This document shows, in pieces, positions 1-9,900 of a stretch of 64,000 nucleotides of DNA. Below the pieces are notes generated by a model, which saw nothing but the letters and a program-made list of their open reading frames with translations, did no database searches and was not told the origin of the DNA. How positions within the stretch are numbered: the stretch's first letter is position 1; every line of letters begins with the position of its first letter. Source of the stretch: an uncultured delta proteobacterium (GTDB lineage Bacteria; Myxococcota_A; Polyangia; Polyangiales; Polyangiaceae); the NCBI GenBank assembly GCA_963850305.1, contig CAWKKR010000004.1, forward strand, positions 288,001 through 352,000. The letters are read 5' to 3'. The position numbers were made by a program, and so were the translations under genes.

Positions 1-72
1 ACCACTGCCGAATGCGCCACCACTGCCGAATGCGCCACCACTGCCGAAACTGCCGCCACTGCCGAACGCGCC
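1..72. repeat. 18-bp coding tandem repeat (accactgccgaatgcgcc), about 4 degenerate units
   Basis: Visible directly; encodes GAFGSG units of the minus-strand lipoprotein. Confidence 0.8.
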
Positions 73-303
73 ACCTGCGCCCAGATCTCCGCCGTTGCCG
101 AAGTCGCCACCCGTGCCCTGCGACTGGTCGCCGCCATTTCCAAAGCTGCCTCCGGGCCCGCCGGAACCGCCGTTGCCGGACTGCTCACCGCCGATACCGA
201 CGCCAGCGCCGAACCCACCTTCCGGTACGTCGAGCTCTTCAACGCTGGCGCACCCTCCGAGGAGCACGATGCAGGCGAGCGGCAGCAGGTTGGAGACCTT
301 CAT
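1..303 (-). CDS. Gly-rich lipoprotein, 5' part (runs off window start)
   Basis: ATG at 303 reads MKVSNLLPLACIVLLGGC (signal peptide + lipobox), then a GFGAG...GSGGAFGSGGAFGSG low-complexity linker open to base 1. Absent from the ORF track because it is truncated. Confidence 0.8.
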   Translation of the reverse strand, partial: MKVSNLLPLACIVLLGGCASVEELDVPEGGFGAGVGIGGEQSGNGGSGGPGGSFGNGGDQSQGTGGDFGNGGDLGAGGAFGSGGSFGSGGAFGSGGAFGSG

Positions 304-483
304 GGTTCGGTAGCCGGACTAGAATGCTCCCACTCATCATGGCACACCGGAAACAATTTTTGTCTGATGCCGTCACGACCCCCACAGAAACTCGGCGGAA
401 CGGCACGGGTGCCGCAGTGCGGCGCGCCCTCCGGCGCTGGAACCGCGTGGCGATCGGCTCGAGCGACCCCTACTCTTCTCGAA

Positions 484-1077
484 ATGAAGGGTTGGTTTGC
501 GCGGATTTGTGGAGTCGCGTTGCTGCTCGCCGGGACGGGTCACGGGGAAGGAGTGGCTCCGCACGGCGGAGCGGCTCGCACCGCGCGCCCGACAACGGAC
601 GAACCCGCGCGGCTCAAGGGAAAGACCATCACGTACCGAGTGACGCCGAGCGGGCTCGTCATCGAAGTGGAAGGACTGAGACTCGAACCCAGGGTGAAGC
701 CGCAGAGGATGGCCGGTGGCTTCGGCGTCAGGCTCCACGTCGATGTGCACGTCACCGACGAACACACACACCACCTGATGAACCCCGAACATGGCCCGCT
801 GATGATCGCCGAGGAGATTGAGGGGGCCGGCAGGAAGAACCATGTAGGCGACGAACGGAAGGGCAACGACGAGCTGCTACTCCGCGCGGGCGAGTCCACT
901 GCGGTCGACCGAACGGTGTCGGCCGTCATCAGATCCGGCCAAACCCTCAAGCTTCAAGTCGGGCTCTGGGGGCTCGCGCGAGACAACGAAGAGCGCAAAC
1001 CGCTGAAGAAGCTCTTCGTGGTGACAATGGTCGCCGGAACGAGAACGCCGGAGCCCGTCATCACGCCGCCGGAATGA
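484..1077 (+). CDS. Hypothetical exported protein
   Basis: ATG 484 gives MKGWFARICGVALLLAG, a signal-like N-terminus, followed by a beta-rich globular region. Confidence 0.65.
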   Translation: MKGWFARICGVALLLAGTGHGEGVAPHGGAARTARPTTDEPARLKGKTITYRVTPSGLVIEVEGLRLEPRVKPQRMAGGFGVRLHVDVHVTDEHTHHLMNPEHGPLMIAEEIEGAGRKNHVGDERKGNDELLLRAGESTAVDRTVSAVIRSGQTLKLQVGLWGLARDNEERKPLKKLFVVTMVAGTRTPEPVITPPE

Positions 1078-1196
1078 GGATTGACGTCGAAGAACGCCGA
1101 GGTCCCCCTGCTCCTCAGCGCCGCATCGCGTCGCCCACAACGCAACGAGACGGGCGTCGGCCCTGATGAGCAGTAAGCTTTCCATGGAGCGGTGCC

Positions 1197-2960
1197 ATGA
1201 CTCCGGAGAGCGTAATCCCGCCACATCTCCGACGGTTCGTCGTGAACCAAAACTACGCGGCGTACACGGAGGAAGACCAAGCCGTGTGGCGCTTCGTGGT
1301 GCTTCAGAGCCACGCGCGCCTGCTCCGCACTGCACATCCCGCCTACGCTGCCGGCTTCGAATCCGCCGGGATCTCCGTGGATCGGATCCCGCGCATCGAC
1401 GAGATGGACGAACGTTTGTCCCGCTTCGGCTGGCGCGCGGTACCTGTAGATGGGTTCATCCCGCCGCGAGCGTTTCAGGCCTTTCAGGCGCGCAGCATCT
1501 TGCCCGTCGCGACCGACATTCGCTCTGCGAGGCACCTCACTTACACGCCGGCCCCCGACATCATTCACGAAGCCGCAGGCCATGCCCCGTTCCTCACGGA
1601 GCCTCATTATGCAAGTTTCGTCCGCAGAATCGGCGAAGCGGCTGAGAGTGCGTTCGCGAGCCCATCGGACCGCGTGCTCTACGAAGCGATCTTCGCGCTC
1701 TCGGAGATCAAGGAAGACCCAGCGAGTACCCCTTCGCAGGTGACGCGGGCGGAGCTTTCGATCGAACGCGCGATGCGACGGATGGGCCCGCCGAGCGAGT
1801 CGGCGAAGCTCGCGCGATTGTACTGGTGGACCGCGGAATACGGCCTGGTCGGCGCGCTCGACAATTTTCGTCTCTACGGCGCGGGCCTGCTGTCTTCGCT
1901 GGGGGAGGGGTATTCCTGCGAGGCAACGGGCGTGCGGAAGGTGCCGCTCGGTGCGGGGTGCATCGACACGGACTACGACATCACGCGCGTCCAGCCCCAG
2001 CTCTTCGTCGTGCGCGACCTCGACGCTCTGGACGAAATCCTCGACGAGGTGACGATGTCGCTCTCGTTCCGGATCGGCGGGGAGCGCGCGCTCACGGCGG
2101 CGCTCGAAAGCGACGACGTTTCGACGCTCGAGCTCGATTCGGGTGCATGTGTGACCGGCGTCGTCACTGAGATCGAGCGTCACGCCGGTAAACCTTCGCT
2201 GATCCGCCTTCGTGGTCCGTGCGCCCTCGCCGACGGCGGCCGCGTGCTGGACGCGATGCCGCGCCTGGACGGCTACGTGATCCCGCTGGGTACGCTCGAC
2301 GACGGGACTCCGCTGTCCGCGCTGTCCGACGGCGCGCTTGCCCGGAGAACGGTCGGCGATGTCGTGGAGCTGCGTCTTTCTTCGGGACTGACGGTCCGCG
2401 GTCACCTGCGGGCCCGCGTGACGAACGGGCTCATTCACCTCGACGAGGTAACGATGCTTCGCCACGGCGAGGTCCTCTTTCGCAGCATCCTGCCCTATCC
2501 GCTCGCTCTCGGCGCGCACGTGATCACCGCACGCGCCAGAGTTCCGGAGGGGTACTATCCGTCTACCGGCATCTCGAGCGTCGCCGTTCCCCGGCCGCGA
2601 CCGCTGAACGCGCAGGCCGGTGAACTCGCCGAACTCTACGATCGCGCTCTCGAGACGTTCCGGGAGGCCGATGGCTCGCGGATGGCCGTTCGGATCGAAC
2701 GGATGGTGGACAGACTCGACGCCGCCTTTCCGGACGACTGGCTGCTTCGGTGGAACTTGCTCGAGAGCCTGGTCAAACTCGGTGCAGGCGCCCACGTAAC
2801 CGGAAGGTTGGCGGCGGCTCTCGAGCAACTCGAGATTCGATTCGACCACCTGGAACCCATCGCCACGGGGTTGTCTTACATCAGATCCCTGATGACCGAC
2901 GCGAAGCCCGAAAGCCGACCGACCTTCGGCGATGCGGAGGACCCAGGAGGCTCGGCGTGA
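1197..2960 (+). CDS. phhA: Phenylalanine 4-hydroxylase, long form with C-terminal extension
   Basis: YTEEDQAVW, YTPAPDIIHEAAGH (Fe ligands), LYWWTAEYGL, YGAGLLSS, DYDITRVQPQLFV; heads a tyrosine catabolic operon. Confidence 0.92.
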   Translation: MTPESVIPPHLRRFVVNQNYAAYTEEDQAVWRFVVLQSHARLLRTAHPAYAAGFESAGISVDRIPRIDEMDERLSRFGWRAVPVDGFIPPRAFQAFQARSILPVATDIRSARHLTYTPAPDIIHEAAGHAPFLTEPHYASFVRRIGEAAESAFASPSDRVLYEAIFALSEIKEDPASTPSQVTRAELSIERAMRRMGPPSESAKLARLYWWTAEYGLVGALDNFRLYGAGLLSSLGEGYSCEATGVRKVPLGAGCIDTDYDITRVQPQLFVVRDLDALDEILDEVTMSLSFRIGGERALTAALESDDVSTLELDSGACVTGVVTEIERHAGKPSLIRLRGPCALADGGRVLDAMPRLDGYVIPLGTLDDGTPLSALSDGALARRTVGDVVELRLSSGLTVRGHLRARVTNGLIHLDEVTMLRHGEVLFRSILPYPLALGAHVITARARVPEGYYPSTGISSVAVPRPRPLNAQAGELAELYDRALETFREADGSRMAVRIERMVDRLDAAFPDDWLLRWNLLESLVKLGAGAHVTGRLAAALEQLEIRFDHLEPIATGLSYIRSLMTDAKPESRPTFGDAEDPGGSA

Positions 2961-3934
2961 AGCTTGCAACCTTGTGCGACGGGACACGCGACGGAGCGCT
3001 CGTCGTCGCAAGCCGCGACGGAACGCGATTCGCGCGCGCAGTCGACGTCGCGCACTCCTTGCAATGTGCCCTCGACGATTGGCAGCGAGCAGCCCCGGAA
3101 CTCGAGCGTCTGTTCGCCGCGCTCGAGGACGGGCGGACGGACGCGGAGCCCCTGGATTTCTCCCGGCTCCTCGCACCCTTGCCGCGTGCGTACGAATGGG
3201 TGGATGGCTCCGCCTACCTGTCGCACATCAAGCTGGTAAGAAAGGCGCGTGGCGCCATGCCGCCGGCGACGCTGCTCACCGACCCGCTCGTCTACCAGGG
3301 CGGCTCGGGGATCCTCCTTGGTCCACGCTCTCCGCTCGAGCTACCCGATAAAGCGTGGGGGCTGGACTTCGAGGCCGAAGTCGCCGTCGTGCTCGGGGAT
3401 ACGCCGCGAGGAGTCTGCGCAGGGGACGCGGAACGTCATGTGCACCTCCTGACGCTCGCGAACGACGTCACCTATCGCGAGCTGGTGCCTTCGGAGCTGG
3501 CCAAAGGGTTCGGGTTCTTTTGCTCGAAACCAGCGACGGCGTTTGCTCCGTTCGCGGTGACCCCCGACGAACTCGACGGCGCCTGGAAGGGCGGACGGGT
3601 TCATTTGCGTCTTCGTTCGTACTTGAATGGTGCGCTCGTCGGAGATCCAGAAGCTGGTGACCCGATGCATTTTTCTTTTTTCGATCTGATCGAGCACGCG
3701 ACGAAGACACGGGGCTTCACGGCCGGGACGATCCTCGGGAGCGGCACCGTCGCGAACGAAGACATCGCGCGCGGGGTGTCGTGCCTCGCTGAACTTCGCA
3801 TGCGAGAAGTGCTCGAAGGCGGACGTGCGACGACTCCATTCCTGCAGCCCGGGGACCGAGTGCGGATCGAAATGCGGAACGCCGATGGCGAGAACGTCTT
3901 CGGCAGCATAGAACAAGAGGTAGTGACAGCATGA
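2957..3934 (+). CDS. fahA: Fumarylacetoacetate hydrolase family protein
   Basis: GTG start overlapping phhA stop (GTGA); PLPRAYEWVDGSAY, DFEAEVAV, NDV, GTILGSGTV. Confidence 0.88.
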   Translation: MKLATLCDGTRDGALVVASRDGTRFARAVDVAHSLQCALDDWQRAAPELERLFAALEDGRTDAEPLDFSRLLAPLPRAYEWVDGSAYLSHIKLVRKARGAMPPATLLTDPLVYQGGSGILLGPRSPLELPDKAWGLDFEAEVAVVLGDTPRGVCAGDAERHVHLLTLANDVTYRELVPSELAKGFGFFCSKPATAFAPFAVTPDELDGAWKGGRVHLRLRSYLNGALVGDPEAGDPMHFSFFDLIEHATKTRGFTAGTILGSGTVANEDIARGVSCLAELRMREVLEGGRATTPFLQPGDRVRIEMRNADGENVFGSIEQEVVTA

Positions 3935-4578
3935 AGCTCTACTCGTATTGGCGGAGCACTTCCGCATGGCGGGTGCGCATCGTTCTCGCGTGGAAAGGCC
4001 TGGAATACGATTGCATCCCCGTGAACCTCGCACCCGACGTGGCCGGACAGAGATCAACGGAGTTCGGGGTCGTGAACCCGCTCCGTCAAGTGCCCTCACT
4101 GGAATGGCCCGAAGGCGACCGCCTCGTGCGTCTCTCGCAATCCGTCGCGATCGCCGAGTATCTCGACGAACGGCATCCCAATCCGCCGCTATTTCCCCGC
4201 GAGCCGCTTGCGCGGGCACGTGTTCGCCAGTCCGTCGAGATAGTGAACTCCGGAATTCAACCGCTGCAAAACTCGACGACGATGGCGAACCTTCGTGAGC
4301 TCACCGGCGAGCCCGAGGTGCTCGCCTGGGCGAGAACCGCTATCGGCCGCGGCCTCGCGGCGCTAGAAGCACTCTCGCGAGACGACGCCGGAGTCTTCCT
4401 CGTCGGCAACGCGCCGACGCTTGCCGACATGTACCTCGTTCCGCAGCTCTACAATGCCCGCCGGTTCGAAGTGGACCTGAACCCTTTCCCGAAGCTCCGC
4501 GACGTCGAAACTCACGCCTCCGAGCTCGAGGCGTTCCAGTCCGCGCGCCCCGAGCGACAGCCGGATGCGCCGCAATGA
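3931..4578 (+). CDS. maiA: Maleylacetoacetate isomerase (GST zeta)
   Basis: MKLYSYWRSTSAWRVRI, SGIQPLQN, PQLYNARRF; ATGA-coupled. Confidence 0.93.
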   Translation: MKLYSYWRSTSAWRVRIVLAWKGLEYDCIPVNLAPDVAGQRSTEFGVVNPLRQVPSLEWPEGDRLVRLSQSVAIAEYLDERHPNPPLFPREPLARARVRQSVEIVNSGIQPLQNSTTMANLRELTGEPEVLAWARTAIGRGLAALEALSRDDAGVFLVGNAPTLADMYLVPQLYNARRFEVDLNPFPKLRDVETHASELEAFQSARPERQPDAPQ

Positions 4579-5741
4579 GTCCGCCTGTCGTTCCTCGCCT
4601 TGACCTCGGAATCCGACGACTCCTCGGTCTTCACTATTACGTTCGTGACCTCGCGCGGAGTCGTGGGTTCTACGTTGACCGGATGGGTTTCTCGGAGATC
4701 GGCGGGGGTGTTCCCGAGCTCGAGGAGAGGGGTCACCAGCGGTCGCTCGTCTTCCGCGCGGGCGAAGTCGTCGTCGCGTGCTCCGCACCGGTGGGCGAAG
4801 GTGGGCGCGCCTTCCGGTACTTGTCCAAGCACCCCGATGGCATCGGAACGCTCGCCTTCGAGGTGGACGACATCGCTCGTACGTTCGCGCTCCTCGAGGA
4901 GAGAGGCGCTACGCCCATCTCCGAGATTCAGACGCTCTCGGATGGTCGGGGGCACATCTCCACGTTCTCGATCACGACGCCGTTCGGGGACACCACATTC
5001 CGCTTCATGGAGCGACAGGGACACGAGGAGCTATTTCCGGGAATGGAGCTTCACGGCGATCCGGGAGATGACGAGAACGCGCTCGGCTTCCGCGCGATCG
5101 ATCACGTCACATCGAACTTCCAGACGATGAAGCCCGCCCTCCTGTGGCTCGAACACGTCCTCGGATTCGAGCCACTGTGGGAGCTGGCATTTCACACGCG
5201 GGACGTCGCCAAGTACGAAGTCCGAGAAGGGTCGGGCCTCCGCTCGAAGGTGATGTGGGAGCCGAAGACGGGGATCAAGTTCGCCAATAACGAGCCGTAT
5301 CGACCCCAGTTCCGGCGTTCGCAGATCAACGTGTTCTGCGAGGAACATCGAGGGGATGGCATACAACACGTCGCGCTTTCCACCGGCAACATCATCGAGA
5401 CGGTGAAAGGTCTGAAAGCGCGCGGAGTCGAGACGATGCCGACGCCACATGCTTATTACGAGGCGCTCCCGAAGCGGCTCGACGACCTCGGCGTGGGTCA
5501 CGTGGACGAAGACCTGACAACGCTCGAAGAACTCGGCATTCTCGTGGACGGCTCCGGCCCGGACGCTTATCTGCTCCAGATCTTCCTGAGGGATTCGGCT
5601 GGGCTCTATGGCAACCCCGACGCGGGCCCATTCTTCTTCGAGATCATCCAACGCAAGGGCGACCGAGGTTTCGGCGCAGGAAACTTTCGCGCCCTGTTCG
5701 AGAGTATCGAGCGGACGCAGGTCACCGGGGGAGACCGCTGA
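4575..5741 (+). CDS. hppD: 4-hydroxyphenylpyruvate dioxygenase
   Basis: IDHVT, GIQHVAL, LLQIF, FFFEIIQRKG..GFGAGNFRALFESIE. Confidence 0.93.
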   Translation: MSPPVVPRLDLGIRRLLGLHYYVRDLARSRGFYVDRMGFSEIGGGVPELEERGHQRSLVFRAGEVVVACSAPVGEGGRAFRYLSKHPDGIGTLAFEVDDIARTFALLEERGATPISEIQTLSDGRGHISTFSITTPFGDTTFRFMERQGHEELFPGMELHGDPGDDENALGFRAIDHVTSNFQTMKPALLWLEHVLGFEPLWELAFHTRDVAKYEVREGSGLRSKVMWEPKTGIKFANNEPYRPQFRRSQINVFCEEHRGDGIQHVALSTGNIIETVKGLKARGVETMPTPHAYYEALPKRLDDLGVGHVDEDLTTLEELGILVDGSGPDAYLLQIFLRDSAGLYGNPDAGPFFFEIIQRKGDRGFGAGNFRALFESIERTQVTGGDR

Positions 5742-6937
5742 TGCTGGATCGGATGGCCGTCGGGTTGCTCCCTCGAAAGCCCCATACGGCCCTCCGGAGC
5801 GAGACTGGCGCGCTCCTGTACGAGGAATGCTTCACGCGGTCAGGCTTCGACGGTCCGTACACGATCCTCTACCACGAGCATCGCCCCCATGCCGTCGTCC
5901 CCTGGCCCACGGCCCACGCCCCCATTGCCGCCAAGAGCGTGCTGAGCATGTCACGAACCGCGGAACCGGATCGTGTCTCCACGTTCGCCCGGCACCACTA
6001 CCGCACCGCGGAACTCCCTGCGGTCGGCGCCGCCATGGACTCTCGAGTGCCCCTTCTCTTCAACGACGACGTGCTCGTCTCCGCGGTGAAACCGAAGCTC
6101 AGCGATCCTTCGTATTTCGTGAACGCGGAAGCCGACGAGCTCTTTTTCGTCAGGGCAGGATGCGGCACAATCCGCAGCCCGTTCGGAGACCTTGCGTTCG
6201 CGAGCGGCGATTACGTCTGCGTTCCGAAGGGCTGCCTCTACAGAATCATTCTCGAGAGCACCGAAGCGGACGCGCTGCTGGTCGAGTGCCTGGGCGGGGT
6301 CGGTCTCCCTTCGACGGTTCGCAACCCGGTCGGTCAGATACGGATGGACGCGCCCTACTCGCATCGGGACTTCCGGCGACCCGAATTCCGTGGACCCCTC
6401 GATGAAGAAATTCGAGACGTCGTTTTCAAGCACGGTGGCGCGTATCACGGCTTTCGTTGTGCGCATTCGCCGCTCGACGTCGTCGGTTGGGACGGCGCGG
6501 TGTACCCGTGGGCGTTCCCGATCCTCGCCTTCGAGCCGAAGGTGGGAGCCCTTCACCTTCCGCCGACCACGCACGGCACCTTCGCGGCTCGCGGAGCGTT
6601 GATATCGAGCTTCGTCCCGCGACCACTGGACTTTCATCCGGATGCGATCCCGTGCCCGTATCCACATACCTCGGTCGACGTGGACGAAGTCATCTATTAC
6701 GTGAGCGGCGAGTTTTCTTCGCGATACGGCGTCGGCGTCGGAAGTATCACGCTCCACCCCGCCGGACTGCCGCATGGTCCCCATCCCGGTCGCTATGAGG
6801 GGAGCCTGGGCGCGCGTCGCACGGAGGAAGTGGCTGTCATGCTGGACTGCGAGCGGCGGCTCGCGCCAACCGTCCAGGCGCACAACGTCGAAGATCCGAG
6901 ATACGAAGCAAGCTTCAGCTCGCCCGCAAGTCCTTGA
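5741..6937 (+). CDS. hmgA: Homogentisate 1,2-dioxygenase
   Basis: HSPLDVVGWDG, HLPPTTH, PYPH..VDVDEV, TLHPAGLPHGPHPG. Confidence 0.92.
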   Translation: MLDRMAVGLLPRKPHTALRSETGALLYEECFTRSGFDGPYTILYHEHRPHAVVPWPTAHAPIAAKSVLSMSRTAEPDRVSTFARHHYRTAELPAVGAAMDSRVPLLFNDDVLVSAVKPKLSDPSYFVNAEADELFFVRAGCGTIRSPFGDLAFASGDYVCVPKGCLYRIILESTEADALLVECLGGVGLPSTVRNPVGQIRMDAPYSHRDFRRPEFRGPLDEEIRDVVFKHGGAYHGFRCAHSPLDVVGWDGAVYPWAFPILAFEPKVGALHLPPTTHGTFAARGALISSFVPRPLDFHPDAIPCPYPHTSVDVDEVIYYVSGEFSSRYGVGVGSITLHPAGLPHGPHPGRYEGSLGARRTEEVAVMLDCERRLAPTVQAHNVEDPRYEASFSSPASP

Positions 6938-9900
6938 GCAGCGCCTGCGCTTCGGCGTGGCCGGGGTTTTCGCTCACTGCCTTCGACGCCATGAGACGCG
7001 CCTTCCGCACGTCCCCCTGCGCCTGGGCGAGACGACTGAGATGGTAGTAGGCGACCGCCTTCGACTCTGCGCTCGCGCCCTCCGCGGATCCGACGGTCTT
7101 CAGCCGCATCATCGTCACTGAACGAAACGCCTTCGCGGCAGTTTCCGTGTCCCCGACCTCGAGGGCCAGGTGACCGAGCTGCATTGCAAACTCTCCGTTT
7201 CGCATGTCCAGATCGAATGCGCGCGACAGAGCTTCCAGCGCCTGGGTCAGGTTGCCCGACTCGAGATGGATATGAGAGATTTCACGGTGGACGAGCGCAA
7301 GGTCCTTCGAACGTCGACCGCGGTGCGCCGTGACGACGTTTTCGAGCGCTGCCATGGCCTCCTGAGGCTGACCCAGCGATGAATGAGCCCGAGCCAGGAG
7401 CACCGCGCCGTGGATGTTCTCCGGGCTCATGCGCCGCGCTTCGACGAGGACCGAGATTGCTTCGCTCGCATCACCTTCGCGATCGAGAAGGAGCTCCGCC
7501 GCGCGAAGGAACGCGTTCGTTCGCGTGGCGACGTCGGACTCCCTATGCCCTTCCCGGAGAAGCAAGTGGGCCAGCTCTCTCGTCGCGCCCGTCGCCTCGT
7601 ACAGTTGCCGCAATCGGACGCGCAGATCCGTGTGATCCGGCAACGCCTCGTGGGCTCGTTCTAGACCTCCCCGCGCATCCGCGAGATTGCCATTGTGCTC
7701 GCACGCGTCGGCAAGGTTCATGGCAGCGGCCTCCAGCGCGTCCCCCTCCTCGATGGCCACCAGACGCCGGTACGTCGCCGCGGCCTGCTCCCAGCGGGCT
7801 TCCGCTGCAGCCAGCGACGCCAACCTACGGAGTCCGTCGCGGTGCTTGGGCTGGGCTTTCACCAGCTCCGCCAGCTGTTCCCGTGCTGCCGTGGTTTCTC
7901 CGAGACTCTCGAGGAGGTCCACGAGCCGAAGGGCGTGGCGTCCCCGGGCCTCGCCCTCGGTGCGGGCAATCGCGGACTCCAGTGCTTTCGTGAGCTCTGC
8001 GGACTTGCTACCGCTCGCCGCGTGCGCCGCTTCGATGTCGTCCAGAGCCGCGTCCTGTCGCCCGAGCGCCTCGAGAAGGCGCGCGCGTTCGAGGTGAAGA
8101 TCCGCGTCTCCCTGGGTCCGGTCTATCGCCACGCCGAGAGCATCCACCGCATCCTCCAGGCGCCCGCCGTTCTCGTACGCCTCCACCGAGCGCACTAGCA
8201 ATGCGAAATCCACGCTGTCCGCATCGGCGGCCCGACGCAGAACCTCCGCGGCCCGGATCCAATCGCCCCGCTCGAGACACCGCGCCACGAGCTGCTCTCG
8301 AAGTGACGCATCCATCGGGTTAGCCTTGCAAGCAACCTCGAGGGCCCTCTCGACCCCCACCGCGTCCCCCGCTTCCGTCCGCAGCTCCACCAGGCGCGAC
8401 GCGAGTCCGGCCGTCTCGGCACCTTCCTCGACGGCAATGAGCCGCTCGATGGCGTCCGCCGCCTCCACTCGATCGACCGACGTGTGAGCGTCGAGCCGCA
8501 CGATCGCCCGGAGTGCGTCACGGCTGGTGGCGTTCCAGTCCAGCACGTGGGAATAGACCAGCCGGGCCTCGGAGGCGTCCCCGTGTTCTTCGAGCAGCCC
8601 CCCGAGGCGCATCGACAAATCTTCCACCCTCTCCGAAGCCGCATTCGACTTCGCGAGATCTAGCTGCGCGCGCAAGAGGTCGAGCAATTCACCTGTACGT
8701 CCTCGCTCCGCGAGCAAGGACGAGAGCAGGGTCACCGCGTCCTTCATGCTTGGCTCCTCGGAGAGAATGTCGGACAGAAGCGAGATTGCCGAGTCGACGC
8801 GGTCCTTCTCGGCGAGCATGAGGGTTGCCTTTTCGAACCGAAGACGACAACGATCTGCGACGGATGCCACGTGCGGAGCGGTGGATTCGATGAGCCGAAT
8901 GAGGAGCTCCCGCTCGCCGGTTCCACGGTAGAGTTCGAGGAGCGGCTCCCACGCCTCCCTGTCGGCTGCGTCGTGCTCGAGCAAGGAACGATAAAGGCGG
9001 GCCGCACGGTTCGGATCGCCGAGTTCGGACGCCGCAAGGCGAGCAACCTCCAGAATCAATTCCCGACGCCCGCTCGCGCCCGAGTGGTCGGCGGCGCTCT
9101 CGAGAAGCACCACGGCCTCGGACCGCAATCCGGCGTCGAGCAGGATTCGAGCAAGGGTTTCCTCGAGCCACGCAGCGTCGCTGTCGGCGTAGTCGCCGCG
9201 CGCAAGCGCTCCCCGCAGAATCATGGACTCGAATTCGCGCTCGGAGAACCGGCGTGCCAGCGCCACTGCCTCGCGCACGGACTCAATGGGGATCCGGAGC
9301 ACTTCGGCTTGTCGGGCCATCACTTCGACAAACGCGCGTTCGCGTCCGGGTTCACGTGCGATGCGCTCGAGCAGCTTGAGCATGCCCGGGTGACCGGGCT
9401 CCGCGACGAGTGCGTCGCGCAGGAGCTGCCACGCGCGGTCCGGATCCGCACCGGCGTCCAGCGCCTTCGATAGGAGAACGACTCCCCCCTCGCGCAATTC
9501 CGGCTTCGCGAGCTGGATGCGTGAGAGCCGCAGAACGGGCTCGGCGGCGATCTCGCCACCTGCTTCGAAAGCGGCGTCGACGCGACGCTCGAGGGCTCTT
9601 GCTTCCGCATCCGAATCGCCCAGCCATTCATACACGCTCGTCATTGCCGCCCAGGCCATCGCATCCGTGACCTGATGAGCTTCGAGATCGCGATGAATCC
9701 GTCCCGCTTCGCCTTGAACACGGACGTCGATGTCCGGCATCACGTCAGGGTGCTCGGCGCGAAGGACGACCAGATCCGAGAGAGCCCGGGCAGCCACCGC
9801 GGGATCCGATGCCGCATCGAGCCGAGTCTCGATGGCACGCGCGAGTAGCGTGTACCTGCCTGACTTCCGAAGCGCCCGCTCCAGGGAGGTCGCGTCCGTG

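Noticed and set aside
1..72. Non-coding repeat or iteron
   Set aside because: In-frame coding repeat of a Gly-rich lipoprotein linker.
954..3176. Long antisense and alternative-frame ORFs (this 740-aa one, and 16060-17526, 27897-29183, 48250-49752, 49783-51831, 61625-63277)
   Set aside because: Stop-poor shadow frames typical of high-GC DNA; they lie opposite well-supported genes and have no recognisable motifs.
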